A stretch of DNA of 36,850 nt from a virus. Lineage: Duplodnaviria; Heunggongvirae; Uroviricota; Caudoviricetes. A program made the translations under genes and the position numbers. The stretch is from IMG/VR virus record IMGVR_UViG_2778261418_000018, positions 1-36,850 of that record; one strand, written 5' to 3'. This document shows positions 17,825 to 27,783 of this stretch, one piece after another; within the stretch, counting starts at the first letter, position 1; the number at the start of each line of letters is the position of its first letter. Under the pieces are notes generated by a model. The model made no database searches and had not been told where the DNA came from. It saw nothing but the letters and a program-made list of their open reading frames with translations.

Positions 17825-18213
17825 GCCGGATAGGCTCCGTGTGGCAACTGAAAATGCGGTCCGTCTTTCAGGGTCTTCCAGTCGCCGCCCCATTCCACCG
17901 GAATATTCAGCTCCCGGCTGGCCTGTCTGAATGCTGCTGCGATTTTTTCGTACAGCGGCCATTCCCATGACACCTGGCTGCCGATATAAGCCACAACATC
18001 CACGGCATGCCCCGTAAGGTGGCGGCTGTTCATGGTCTGGCTCTTACCTGTGGCCACAAGTTGCTTCTGGCGGTAACGGCTGCGCAACCCTTCGGTGATA
18101 CCAAAATCCACTTCCGAGATTTCCAGTGCCCGTCGGGTCACTTTCACCAGGTCAGGATTTACGCCCTGCAAATTCTTTTCGCTCCGGCTGCTGAATTTAA
18201 ATGTGTTGCTCAT
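17821..18213 (-). CDS. endolysin, peptidase M15-type (L-Ala-D-Glu endopeptidase fold)
   Basis: 130 aa with H...D...H zinc-peptidase spacing (SRHLTGHAVDV ... GPHFQL) typical of VanY/M15 phage endolysins. Confidence 0.65.
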   Translation of the reverse strand: MSNTFKFSSRSEKNLQGVNPDLVKVTRRALEISEVDFGITEGLRSRYRQKQLVATGKSQTMNSRHLTGHAVDVVAYIGSQVSWEWPLYEKIAAAFRQASRELNIPVEWGGDWKTLKDGPHFQLPHGAYPA

Positions 18214-18533
18214 TCGTCCTTCTCCTTCACCCTGCGATTAAAGGCCGCAATAACCTTGTCGCGTGCTTTCTCTGCGCCCATAAAACCGATTGATGCGCCG
18301 ATAAACGTCACGGCATCTTCAGGAAAACCGAAGAAGCGCAACGACCCGGCCACGGCCATGGCAAGAACGCCGCACGCCAGCGATCCCGTTACGGTCTGAA
18401 CCAGTGTTCGTCCGTCATAAAGACTCATCAGCGCGGAAATGCTGACCGCCGCGCCTACTGCATACACCGTTGGCAGGTGGTCAAAGAGCCACGCAATAAC
18501 CTGCTCTGTGATCCCTGTTTGAATGGTGCTCAC
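18210..18533 (-). CDS. holin
   Basis: GTG start with RBS GGGGGGAG; 107 aa with hydrophobic segments; position before endolysin. Confidence 0.55.
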   Translation of the reverse strand: MSTIQTGITEQVIAWLFDHLPTVYAVGAAVSISALMSLYDGRTLVQTVTGSLACGVLAMAVAGSLRFFGFPEDAVTFIGASIGFMGAEKARDKVIAAFNRRVKEKDE

Positions 18534-18535
18534 TG

Positions 18536-18736
18536 CTACTCCCCCCACAACTGAATCATTTCTCGTTTCTTCTTCTCCGGCTCCGGCATCTCCACTTCCT
18601 GCCCGGCGTCCAGAAATACCTGCTGACAGAGTCCGGGGTTGGCATCCAGCACCTTTTCGGTGACGCCCTGCGTCGTGCCGTAGTACCGGAAACAGAGCGA
18701 ATCCACGGTGTCGCCTTCCAGTGCCTTCACTTTCAT
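18536..18736 (-). CDS. X: tail protein X
   Basis: MKVKALEGDTVDSLCFRYYG...LWGE, close to P2 gpX as recalled. Confidence 0.8.
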   Translation of the reverse strand: MKVKALEGDTVDSLCFRYYGTTQGVTEKVLDANPGLCQQVFLDAGQEVEMPEPEKKKREMIQLWGE

Positions 18737-19239
18737 CAGCACAACTCCGCAAAGATTCGCGGGCGGCACAGAATGTCAGAGATGGCCCAGCTCACATCGC
18801 GCCACAAATCCGATGTCTGTATATCCAGTGCGTCCGCCCGGCGGTCGCCCTTGTCCGTTGTGTCCGCATCGCGGTAACGCTCCAGAATCAGGGCGCGTGT
18901 GGCGGTGTAAACCGCATTGCGCCAGTGCCAGAGATTGACGCTTTCTCCGTTAATTACGGGTGCCGGAACATCGGCCAGCGTCTGATGGCCAGCCGCCTGC
19001 TGTTCCTGCTGCCACGCTTCCAGCTCGCGGGTAACGTGTGCCACGGCCCCGGTGGCGGTATGCAGCAGGCGGGAGGTGGTCACACGGCCCGGCAGTCGTA
19101 TCGCCAGACGCAGTTCACGCAGCACAATATCCGGCCAGAATGCACCTGCTGAAATACGGGTATCACCATCATCGGTATCGGTGATGTCGTCCTCTGCGGG
19201 TCCGGGGTTGGTTCTGGCAACCATACTCATGGGGTTCAC
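18736..19239 (-). CDS. L: capsid completion protein L
   Basis: 167 aa, P2 L position. Confidence 0.75.
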   Translation of the reverse strand: MNPMSMVARTNPGPAEDDITDTDDGDTRISAGAFWPDIVLRELRLAIRLPGRVTTSRLLHTATGAVAHVTRELEAWQQEQQAAGHQTLADVPAPVINGESVNLWHWRNAVYTATRALILERYRDADTTDKGDRRADALDIQTSDLWRDVSWAISDILCRPRIFAELC

Positions 19240-19331
19240 TCCTGAAAAAATCGGGCGGTGGGTGCGCGGTGTAAACGGTCACGGAGTCAAACCGGAACAC
19301 CGCGCACGCCGCCCGCTGACGGGGTCAGTCG

Positions 19332-20132
19332 TTAACCGCGCTTCGCCTTCTGCGTCGCGGTGGTTTTTCGTGTTGCAGGCTTCCGCGTTGTCTTTTTACT
19401 TTTGCTGCTTTCGTCCTGCGCCTGCTGTGTGCTGGCGTCTTCTGGTGCGGCTGCGGAATCGGCTTTTTTCAGGGCGCGGGAAAGGGTTGCAATCTCGCGT
19501 TTCACACCTGCGTTCGGGTTCAGGTGCATTGCTTCGCGCAGCAGCTTCAGTGACAGGGCCATGCTGTCCGCATCACTCAGGCCACGGCGGACAAAGGCGC
19601 ACGCCTTGCATAATTTGGCGCGCACTTCGTCCGGCATGTCCTGGTCGGTGACAATCTCCCGGAGGGTGTCCAGTGGTTCGATAAAGGCGGACAAATCCGC
19701 GTCGGCATCCGTCCCGGCCTGCGTCAGTACCGGATTACAGATTTCTTCGGTCAGTACCGTGGCAGCAGTACGGCCAAAGTTATCCGGCATGATGAGGTTG
19801 TGACGGACCACATACGCGCCGATACGCAGCGCAAGCGGAAGATCGCCACAGTCAATCGCCCACACCATCAGCGTGGCAATCACTTCATCCTGCTGCCCGC
19901 CGTCAGCCTCCAGCGTTCCCTCAATCCAGCCGGAAAAATCCGGCAACAACTCTTTTTTGATGGCGGCTTTCGCGCTTCTGGCCTGTACGCCCTTAAGCCG
20001 GGCCTGTGCCAGACGCAGACGATACAGCACCTCTTCATGCGCGGTACGCGCGGCGTGGTCCACGCCTTCATTCGCCCGGCCTGCGCGCTGTGCCATCACG
20101 TTCTGCCAGTGTTGCTGTGCAGGAGTAATCAT
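19332..20132 (-). CDS. M: terminase small/endonuclease subunit M
   Basis: 266 aa, basic C-terminus, P2 M position. Confidence 0.8.
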   Translation of the reverse strand: MITPAQQHWQNVMAQRAGRANEGVDHAARTAHEEVLYRLRLAQARLKGVQARSAKAAIKKELLPDFSGWIEGTLEADGGQQDEVIATLMVWAIDCGDLPLALRIGAYVVRHNLIMPDNFGRTAATVLTEEICNPVLTQAGTDADADLSAFIEPLDTLREIVTDQDMPDEVRAKLCKACAFVRRGLSDADSMALSLKLLREAMHLNPNAGVKREIATLSRALKKADSAAAPEDASTQQAQDESSKSKKTTRKPATRKTTATQKAKRG

Positions 20133-20177
20133 TTGTTCTCTCCGTTACTGGCGGGCATGATGCCCGCCGTGAGTTGA

Positions 20178-21230
20178 TTAGCTGTCGGCGAACTTCAGGC
20201 CAGTGACCATCGCGCACTTGCCATAGTCTTCAACGACATAAGCGTCATTGATGGACTGGTAGGTGGCGATGCGGTTGTATTCCGGCTCGTCTTTCATCAG
20301 GCGACGCATTGAACCTTTCTGCCAGTAAATCGACAGGTTGTTGAACGAGGTGATCAGCATCGTTGCATCCGGGAAGAACGGCGCAAGGAACACGCCCAGC
20401 CCGCCAATGGTGCGCGATGACAGGATGAGCTGCCCGGCAAGTAATTCCGCATTGGGATTCTGGCCGCTGATGCTGTTCAGCACGGGCAGACGCAGCGAGT
20501 TAAACAGGTTGCGCCCCATAATCACCACAAGGTCGTCAGCTTCCTTGTGCCATTCATCCAGCAGGGATGAGTGTGCGTCCTGTACCAGTGCATCAGCGTT
20601 CGCATACTTACCCGCGTGCGCCACGGTGTTGTCCATGTTGCGGGAGGTCAGCGTCACGTCATTCATAACGCGTTCGCTGGCGTCGGTTCTGATGTGCTCC
20701 AGCCATCCCACGTTAACGTCCTGAAGCAGCTTGTTGGTGCTGAAGTTGGACTCATCCGCGTGAGACGTGCCGTTGAAACCGATCATGATGCGGTCAAGCG
20801 CCACCTGTCGGGCAATCTGTGCGCTGATGCGGGACTGAAAATCAGGATGTGCCGCCCAGGCATCAAGCTGCGGATATGAAATAAACGTGTCGTAGTTCAC
20901 CTGTTCGCACTGGTATTTGCGGTTTTTCAGATCAACCACGTTATTCGGGTTACGGCGTTTTGTGCCGTCATAACTGGTATTCGTGCGTGCAATTGGCCCG
21001 GTGGTGTCCAGGAGGATTTTTTCGCCTTTCTGGTCGGTCACGCCGATCACGTTAATTCTTTTTGTAAATTCGGTGCTTTCCTTTGAGGCGTTTTCAAAAC
21101 GCTGCTGCACCGAGGGTTCCACGGTAAATCGCGATACCAGTGCGGAAACCGGGATATTGTTAAGCGACGCCTGCTGCGCCATATAGCAACCCAGCTTGTT
21201 GCGGGTAATATCTGACATCACCAGATTCAT
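20178..21230 (-). CDS. N: major capsid protein N
   Basis: 350 aa; recalled P2 N similarity (FTVEPSV...VVEDY). Confidence 0.85.
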   Translation of the reverse strand: MNLVMSDITRNKLGCYMAQQASLNNIPVSALVSRFTVEPSVQQRFENASKESTEFTKRINVIGVTDQKGEKILLDTTGPIARTNTSYDGTKRRNPNNVVDLKNRKYQCEQVNYDTFISYPQLDAWAAHPDFQSRISAQIARQVALDRIMIGFNGTSHADESNFSTNKLLQDVNVGWLEHIRTDASERVMNDVTLTSRNMDNTVAHAGKYANADALVQDAHSSLLDEWHKEADDLVVIMGRNLFNSLRLPVLNSISGQNPNAELLAGQLILSSRTIGGLGVFLAPFFPDATMLITSFNNLSIYWQKGSMRRLMKDEPEYNRIATYQSINDAYVVEDYGKCAMVTGLKFADS

Positions 21231-21253
21231 AAAAAATTTGCTCCTTTGTCTTA

Positions 21254-22090
21254 TCAGAAGTCAGCCAGCTGGTCGGAGGCTGCGCCCGTTGCGGTGAAGC
21301 GGTTCTGCGGATCGCCGTCCTGCGTGCGCAGTTTTTCCTTCAGTGCTGTCAGCTCTGTGGTCAGTGACGTGATTTTCTGGCGGTCCTGCTGATGGCGGGT
21401 TTCCAGCACATTAAAACGGTCGATAATGTCGGCCTGTGACGTTGCGACGCCTTCCACCGCTTCCTGAATACGGGAAAAACTGGCGTCATCCGCTTTGCGG
21501 CCACGGCCAATAATCCCCATTACGCGGTTAAACCACTGGGTGCCTTCTTCCTGGCGTTGTTCTGCCATTTCGATGATTTCAGACTCGATGGCTTCGGAGA
21601 TAAGCGGCGCTTCACCCTGGACACTGTTGAACGTCATTACCGCCTGACGTTGCTGTGCCGTGAATTTCAGGCGCTCAGTGCCCAGGCTTGCCGGGGTGTC
21701 GGTCATCGCCAGCCCGACCAGGTAGGCGCGCCCGTTAACGGAGAACTGCGGGTGCAGTTCGATACTGGAATAGATTTTCTTGCCGTCCGCGACAAGCTGC
21801 TTCATGCGCTCGGTCGGTTCGATTTCTGCATACAGCGCAGTACGTCCGGCCAGCGGACCTTCCGTAATGTCTTCCGTACTCAGTGCGGTGACATCGCCCA
21901 TTGCGGAAAATTCGCTTGACGGGCATGGCGAGAGATAGTGCTCAACGTTCACGCGGGCAGCGTAAACATCCGGGTTGAAGTTCTCGGCGGCTTCACGCAG
22001 ATGCACCGGACTGATTTCACGGCCATCAACAGTTGATCCGGAGACAGCCACGCGAAACTTTTTGCGGGATGTCTTTTTTTCATTAGCCAT
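21254..22090 (-). CDS. O: capsid scaffold protein O
   Basis: Start moved to ATG at 22090 (MANEKK) with RBS GAGGGG; P2 O-like. Confidence 0.8.
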   Translation of the reverse strand: MANEKKTSRKKFRVAVSGSTVDGREISPVHLREAAENFNPDVYAARVNVEHYLSPCPSSEFSAMGDVTALSTEDITEGPLAGRTALYAEIEPTERMKQLVADGKKIYSSIELHPQFSVNGRAYLVGLAMTDTPASLGTERLKFTAQQRQAVMTFNSVQGEAPLISEAIESEIIEMAEQRQEEGTQWFNRVMGIIGRGRKADDASFSRIQEAVEGVATSQADIIDRFNVLETRHQQDRQKITSLTTELTALKEKLRTQDGDPQNRFTATGAASDQLADF

Positions 22091-22244
22091 AGTTTTTGCC
22101 CCTCTGACTGGTTCTTCAGTCATGATGGCAAAGCGTAACAGGCTGATACAAAGGGCTTTTGTTGTAAGAAAACGGCCAGAACAGGGGGTTAAGGAGAACA
22201 GTTTCGCGCGCGGGTAATCTTCCTGTAATTACTCAGGGGGAGCA

Positions 22245-23996
22245 ATGATTCAGGACGCTTTTGTGCGCCAGCGTGCGCGGCAACTTTACTGGCAGGGTTA
22301 TCCGCCCGCAGAAATATCACGTCTGATGGGAATAAACCCGAACACGATTTATGCGTGGAAAAAACGCGACCAGTGGGATGAAACGCCACCCGTGCAGCGT
22401 GTCACGCAGTCCATCGATGCGCGCCTCATCCAGCTTACTGAAAAACAGAATAAAACAGGCGGTGACTTTAAGGAAATAGACCTGCTGACCCGGCAGCTTA
22501 AAAAACTGCATGATGGCCAGCCGGATGCGACGGTCACAGGAAAGAAAGGCCGGGCGAAAAAACTCAAAAATCATTTCACGCCGGAACAGATTGCCGCACT
22601 GCGGGAAAAAATCATCAGCAGGCTGGAGTGGCATCAGCGGGGCTGGTTTGACTCCCTGACCCTTTGCAGGGAAGCCGGGATACGTAACAGGATGATCCTG
22701 AAATCCCGACAGATTGGGGCGACCTGGTATTTTGCACAGGAAGCACTGCTGATGGCGCTGCGTGACGATGTGGCGCAACCTTACCAGCGTAACCAGATTT
22801 TTTTGTCTGCGTCGCGTCGTCAGGCGTTCCAGTTTAAAAGCATTATTCAGAAGGCTGCGGCTGAAGTTGATGTGGAGTTGAAAGGGGGTGATAAAATCAT
22901 CCTCTCCAACGGCGCAGAGCTGCATTTTCTCGGCACTTCTGCTGCGTCGGCACAGTCCTATACGGGCAATTTTTATTTTGATGAATTTTTCTGGGTCAGT
23001 CGCTTTGCTGAACTGCGCAAGGTGGCTGGCGCTATGGCAACCCTCAGCGGACTGCGGCGCACCTACTTCTCCACGCCATCCACCGAAACGCACGAGGCAT
23101 ACGCCTACTGGAACGGCGACCGCTGGAACGAGAAAAAGGCCACGCATAAACGCCAGCGTTTTTCTGTGGACTGGAAAACGCTGCATAACGGGCTTATCTG
23201 CCCTGACCGGACGTGGCGGCAAATTGTCACGCTGGAAGATGTGGTTAATCACGGCTGGAAACACACCGATATTGATGAAATTCGTGATGAAAACACCGAA
23301 GACGAGTTCCTCAATCTCTATATGTGTGAGTTTGTCCGCGAAGGGGAATCGGCATTTAACCTGAATATCCTGATTGGCTGCGGCGTTGACGGATACGACG
23401 ACTGGAAAGACTGGAAACCTTTTGCTCCCCGCCCGATGGGAAATCGTCCGGTATGGATTGGGTATGACGCAAACGGCAGCAGTGGCAACGGCGACAGCGG
23501 CGCTGTGTCCGTGGTGGTTCCTCCGGCTGTTCCTGGTGGCCGTTTTCGAACGGTTGAGACGCGACGCGTTCAGGGGCTGGAGTTTGAAGAACAGGCCAGA
23601 GTCATTGAAGAGTTCACGTATCGCTACAACGTGGAACACATCGGCATTGATGTGACGGGCGGGAACGGGGAGGCTGTTTATCAGATAGTGAAACGGTTTT
23701 TCCCTGCAGCTATTCCGTACACCTTCACGCTGTCATCAAAACGGTCGCTGGTACTGAAAATGCTGCAAATAATGCGTGCCGGGCGGTGGGAATACGATCG
23801 CGCCGAACGCGAGCTGGTCGCGGCCTTTAACGCCGTGCGTAAGGTGAAAACACCGGGCGGCTTTATCACTTACGAAACGGACCGCGCGAGGGGGATCAGC
23901 CACGGCGACCTTGCGTGGGCAACCATGCTTGCTGTCATTAACGAACCAATTGGCGGCGAAGGAGAAAACGAGCGTTTCACGGTTATGGAGTTCTGA
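22245..23996 (+). CDS. P: terminase large (ATPase) subunit P
   Basis: 583 aa, divergent from O as in P2. Confidence 0.85.
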   Translation: MIQDAFVRQRARQLYWQGYPPAEISRLMGINPNTIYAWKKRDQWDETPPVQRVTQSIDARLIQLTEKQNKTGGDFKEIDLLTRQLKKLHDGQPDATVTGKKGRAKKLKNHFTPEQIAALREKIISRLEWHQRGWFDSLTLCREAGIRNRMILKSRQIGATWYFAQEALLMALRDDVAQPYQRNQIFLSASRRQAFQFKSIIQKAAAEVDVELKGGDKIILSNGAELHFLGTSAASAQSYTGNFYFDEFFWVSRFAELRKVAGAMATLSGLRRTYFSTPSTETHEAYAYWNGDRWNEKKATHKRQRFSVDWKTLHNGLICPDRTWRQIVTLEDVVNHGWKHTDIDEIRDENTEDEFLNLYMCEFVREGESAFNLNILIGCGVDGYDDWKDWKPFAPRPMGNRPVWIGYDANGSSGNGDSGAVSVVVPPAVPGGRFRTVETRRVQGLEFEEQARVIEEFTYRYNVEHIGIDVTGGNGEAVYQIVKRFFPAAIPYTFTLSSKRSLVLKMLQIMRAGRWEYDRAERELVAAFNAVRKVKTPGGFITYETDRARGISHGDLAWATMLAVINEPIGGEGENERFTVMEF

Positions 23997-25042
23997 TGAG
24001 CAGAAAAAATAAAAAAGTGCGCATGAGTTCACGCATTGATCTCGCTGATGCGCTCAGGAAAGAATCATCGCTCAGTGCATTCACATTTGATGGTCCTTAT
24101 CGCCTGACCGGGCATGACCTGCTGGACAATATGTACTGTGCTGATAACGGGCGGTGGTATGAAACCCCGGTGGACTGGTACGGTCTGGCAAGAGCAGCCC
24201 GGCAAACGTCCTGGCATCAGTCTGCGCTTTACTTTAAGCGCAATGTATTACTCGGTTGCTACATCCCGCACCCGCTGCTTTCCCGGCAGGATTTCTCGGC
24301 GCTGGCGCTGGACTGGTTTGTGTTCGGTAACGCATTCCTTGAGCTTCGAAGCAATATGCTCGGCGAACCGCTTAAATTACGGCACGCACTGGCGAAATAC
24401 ATGCGACGCGGAAGCGATCTTGAATCATGGTGGTATGTGCAGGATGGCAAGGACGCGTTTCAGTTTCGCCCTGGCAAAGTGTGCCACCTGATGAATCCGG
24501 ACATTAACCAGGAAATTTACGGCATGCCGGAATATCTTGGCGCATTACTCTCGGCCAGCCTGTCTCATTCGGCGGACATGTTCAGAAAACTGTATTACGA
24601 CAATGGATCCCACGCCGGGTGCATCATCTACATCGGTGCAGCGCAGGTAAACCGCGAAAGCATGGACTCCCTGAAAGAAACGTTACAGGGGGCACGTGGT
24701 GGTGGTGCGTTTAAAAACGTGCTCATCCATGCGCCCAACGGGGGCAAAGAGGGGGTGCAAATTTTGCCGTTCCAGCAGATCACCGCAAAGGATGAGTTCA
24801 TGAATGTTAAGGCGGCATCCCGTGATGATGTGCTGGCTGCGCACCGCGTTCCGCCGCAACTGATGGGGGCGATGCCGGGCGAAAAAAGCGCGTTTGGTGA
24901 TGTGGAGAAGGCCGCGCGGGTTTACGCAATTAACGAGCTGATGCCCGTCATGGAGGCCATGAAGCACATCAATGACTGGCTTGGCGAAGAGGTGATCTGC
25001 TTTAACCCTTACGCACTGTTAGACACCCAGCCCACATCCTGA
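23996..25042 (+). CDS. Q: portal protein Q
   Basis: 348 aa, downstream of P, adjacent to cos region as in P2. Confidence 0.85.
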   Translation: MSRKNKKVRMSSRIDLADALRKESSLSAFTFDGPYRLTGHDLLDNMYCADNGRWYETPVDWYGLARAARQTSWHQSALYFKRNVLLGCYIPHPLLSRQDFSALALDWFVFGNAFLELRSNMLGEPLKLRHALAKYMRRGSDLESWWYVQDGKDAFQFRPGKVCHLMNPDINQEIYGMPEYLGALLSASLSHSADMFRKLYYDNGSHAGCIIYIGAAQVNRESMDSLKETLQGARGGGAFKNVLIHAPNGGKEGVQILPFQQITAKDEFMNVKAASRDDVLAAHRVPPQLMGAMPGEKSAFGDVEKAARVYAINELMPVMEAMKHINDWLGEEVICFNPYALLDTQPTS

Positions 25043-25069
25043 CGCGCTTCGCTTGTCTGCTGCTTCGCC

Positions 25070-25092
25070 GGGGCATAAAAAATTTATGCCCC
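25070..25092. repeat. perfect hairpin just downstream of Q
   Basis: GGGGCATAAA-AAA-TTTATGCCCC. Confidence 0.5.
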
Positions 25093-25465
25093 GACTCTCC
25101 AGCTCCTGTATCAATCAGATAATTTCACGACGCTTTCCTGCTTATTGCCATCATCGACAGTCAGACTCTTACGCAATCCCACCGCGTTGACTGCATGTTC
25201 TCGCCGTCTCAGTGCGATTTTGACGGCCTTACCTTTCACCCCATCAAATCAAAAGCCCTCACGTCTTTTTCACGCTCAGCGTGAGAAATACAGCCATTCT
25301 GTTGTGTCGCTGCGACATCGTTCAGGGGATGCTATTTACCCCCTGAAACGCGGGCTGTTCCCCCGTCACCTGCGCACAGGAAAAACGCGTTTTTTGTGCA
25401 CGCACGGATCCTTGACGGATCCAGCCGCCATGCGGGCCGGAAGGGCAAAAAGTCGTTCAAAAAAA

Positions 25466-25495
25466 TTGTGCAAATTTGTGCACTTTTGTGCAAAG
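25466..25495. repeat. three 10-bp-phased direct repeats TTGTGCA(A/C)
   Basis: ATTGTGCAAA / TTTGTGCACT / TTTGTGCAAA at 25466, 25476, 25486; a fourth TTGTGCAC at about 25394. Confidence 0.6.
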
Positions 25496-25498
25496 AAA

Positions 25499-25521
25499 TG
25501 CCCCTCAAATTGAGGGGCATT
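25499..25521 (-). terminator. hairpin terminator ending the A / ATPase / protease transcription unit
   Basis: ATGCCCCTCA-AAT-TGAGGGGCAT, followed on the minus strand by TTTCTTTG; 14 nt after the protease stop. Confidence 0.75.
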
Positions 25522-25534
25522 ATGTCTTGAAGGA

Positions 25535-27760
25535 TTACGAACGAATAGGAATTGATGTTTGCGGTTGAATTGGCACGAGCACCTGATTATAAGTACGTAA
25601 AATTTCGTTATACAGGTCTTGGTGCTTTGATGCCTTAATGGTAATTATAAGAGCATACTTGATTTTTTCTGCCTTATGGCTGGCTATGCTTGCACCGGCC
25701 TCACGAGCGTTATAATGAATGTCAAATACAGGATTTTTTAGAGTTGAACCTAGCATGTTCTTCGAATTATGTAAGACGGTCTCCCACTTGCCCATGTCAG
25801 AACGTCGCTCACTTTCAGTTGAATATTTGGCCAGTTCAAAGAATCCCTTGGTTTCAGCATTTTGTTTTCCGTCTTTGATTTTTGAATCATTTGGCCGGAA
25901 TGTCACTTCCAAACCAGCTTTTGTATAGGACGCTGGGTCTTGTGGATCAGTGGTTGTTGCATAACAGAAAGTTGCCGCTAAGTTTATTCTACCTTTCAAG
26001 CCACCTTCAGGTATTGGAAGAGAAGCGCGTAAGTATTTTCCTGGTTTCAATTCACCTTGGTAGACGATACGGGCAACACCATCAGGGCTGACTATAATGT
26101 CGTTCAAGTCTTCAGGCAGTTTTCCCCAGCCAACTTCTGTACAAGGATGATCAAGCTGTTTTGACGCATGAATTAACAAAGCTTTGATTGCTAGTAGGCT
26201 CAAATCGTTCCCTAAAATTGCCCGAACACCAACAGCTGCTCGTAAGGCGTAAGGAGAGGCAAAGCTTGTTCCTAGCTGGGGTATGATTACAGGCTTCTTA
26301 CCTTTACCTAAAACATGAAAGTACTCGTCTGTGTCACCACCAAACGCAACTAAATCCGGTTTCATCACGCCAGGACTTCTGCCTGGCCCAATGGCGCTAT
26401 ATGGTGCTCGTTTCCATTCCGTATCATTAACTGTATCACAAGCACCAACAGCAAGAGCATTAACGCAATCGGCTGGTACTTGAATTCTTGCATTACCAGA
26501 CTTGCGATCCATTTCTCCATTGTTGCCAACAGCAACAGTCATTAATGTTTCACCATCACTTAACAAATCATCAATAACGGAAGTCCATGCATGAACTTCC
26601 GTATCTTCAATTGGTAGGTCTGGACCTAAACTTAGATTGATAAACTGATACTGGCGAGACAACAATACCTCTTCAATAAAGCCCAAAGTTCGATATAGTT
26701 CCAGCGGATCTTCTTGGCAGGTCTTGTTGTCCAAAACTCTTAAGTTATCAATATAAGAGTATGGTCTTTTCGCTTCCGATTTATTACTTATTGGTCCAAA
26801 TAAAAAGGCTGAAGACACAGCTAAACCATGCTCTAAACCGTCTGGATCATCCTCTGCATGATCGTCCAAAACTCTATAGGATTTTAACCATGGCGATATA
26901 GCGTGCTCTGATGGTAAACCACCATCAAGAATCGCAACTTTTATTTCTGAAGATACGGGGCCCTCAGCAGGTAATTTACACTGAGCTAAAGGACCGTAGT
27001 TCCTTTGTATTGGTCTAATCCCACGCAATCTTGGAACCGGTCTTATTACTCGTACAAATGTAAATTTCGCAAGCTTACTAATAGTAATTCTATCGGCCTG
27101 GATTGGCACGAACCATAATGTACCAGCGGTAAAAGCTAATGAAGTATGTACTTTGATGTTCAAATTTGATGCAAACTGAACAAATTGTTGCTGAACCAAG
27201 TCTTGTTCATTATCTGGCAGTAAATGAACACCAACCTCAAAATACGAAGAATCCTGCTCACCAATGGTAATAATACGCTCTTCGGGTAAATAGGCATCGA
27301 ACCGTTCTATGCGTGCAAAATCAATCGCTTCGTCAGAAAACTCTTTGAGTCCTGACACCCAATGAGGTAACTCTTTGAAGGATTCTCTTTTACCAGCAAC
27401 AAACATTTGTGTCGTAGTTACTTCTGACACAGTAACTTTTCGCTTCCAGCTTTGAGGCGTAATTTTTACCGTCCTGCTGCCAATAGACGTTAACCCGGTA
27501 GACTTAAGCATTTTTGCAGGAAAAAAAGAGCGTGCAATATAGCTTGGATTCAACGTCAACTTAGCCACAGCATAATCATAAGGACATGCCTGACTGGGTA
27601 AATCATCAAAATTTTCTATAGTAGATGCAATTTGCGGCAATAAACGTTGTTTCGATTCGTAAAGAGAATAAACCTCAGCTTTTCCGGGCACTCTTTTAGG
27701 ACCAGGAATATCGCTGGTTAATAATTCGCCGCGTCCAATCAGAAAATTAGTTTTCGCCAT
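25535..27760 (-). CDS. S8 family subtilisin-like serine peptidase with large N- and C-terminal extensions (candidate IetS-like)
   Basis: Catalytic motifs in order VAILDGG (Asp), HGLAVSS (His), AVGNNGE (oxyanion Asn), GTSFASP (Ser); RBS AGGAG 8 nt before ATG. Confidence 0.8.
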   Translation of the reverse strand: MAKTNFLIGRGELLTSDIPGPKRVPGKAEVYSLYESKQRLLPQIASTIENFDDLPSQACPYDYAVAKLTLNPSYIARSFFPAKMLKSTGLTSIGSRTVKITPQSWKRKVTVSEVTTTQMFVAGKRESFKELPHWVSGLKEFSDEAIDFARIERFDAYLPEERIITIGEQDSSYFEVGVHLLPDNEQDLVQQQFVQFASNLNIKVHTSLAFTAGTLWFVPIQADRITISKLAKFTFVRVIRPVPRLRGIRPIQRNYGPLAQCKLPAEGPVSSEIKVAILDGGLPSEHAISPWLKSYRVLDDHAEDDPDGLEHGLAVSSAFLFGPISNKSEAKRPYSYIDNLRVLDNKTCQEDPLELYRTLGFIEEVLLSRQYQFINLSLGPDLPIEDTEVHAWTSVIDDLLSDGETLMTVAVGNNGEMDRKSGNARIQVPADCVNALAVGACDTVNDTEWKRAPYSAIGPGRSPGVMKPDLVAFGGDTDEYFHVLGKGKKPVIIPQLGTSFASPYALRAAVGVRAILGNDLSLLAIKALLIHASKQLDHPCTEVGWGKLPEDLNDIIVSPDGVARIVYQGELKPGKYLRASLPIPEGGLKGRINLAATFCYATTTDPQDPASYTKAGLEVTFRPNDSKIKDGKQNAETKGFFELAKYSTESERRSDMGKWETVLHNSKNMLGSTLKNPVFDIHYNAREAGASIASHKAEKIKYALIITIKASKHQDLYNEILRTYNQVLVPIQPQTSIPIRS

Positions 27761-27783
27761 ACATACTCCTTATCTATGCTGTA

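Noticed and set aside
22317-23639. 440-aa ORF antisense to terminase gene P
   Set aside because: Fully embedded antisense to a conserved gene; Arg-rich, non-protein-like composition.
25330-25380. Assignment of an exact cos cohesive-end sequence
   Set aside because: Stretches such as GCTGTTCCCCCGTCACC only loosely resemble the P2 cohesive end as I recall it; too uncertain to annotate.
25145-25513. 122-aa ORF in the cos region
   Set aside because: Arg-rich, crosses palindromes and repeats, no RBS; region better explained as non-coding cos/regulatory DNA.
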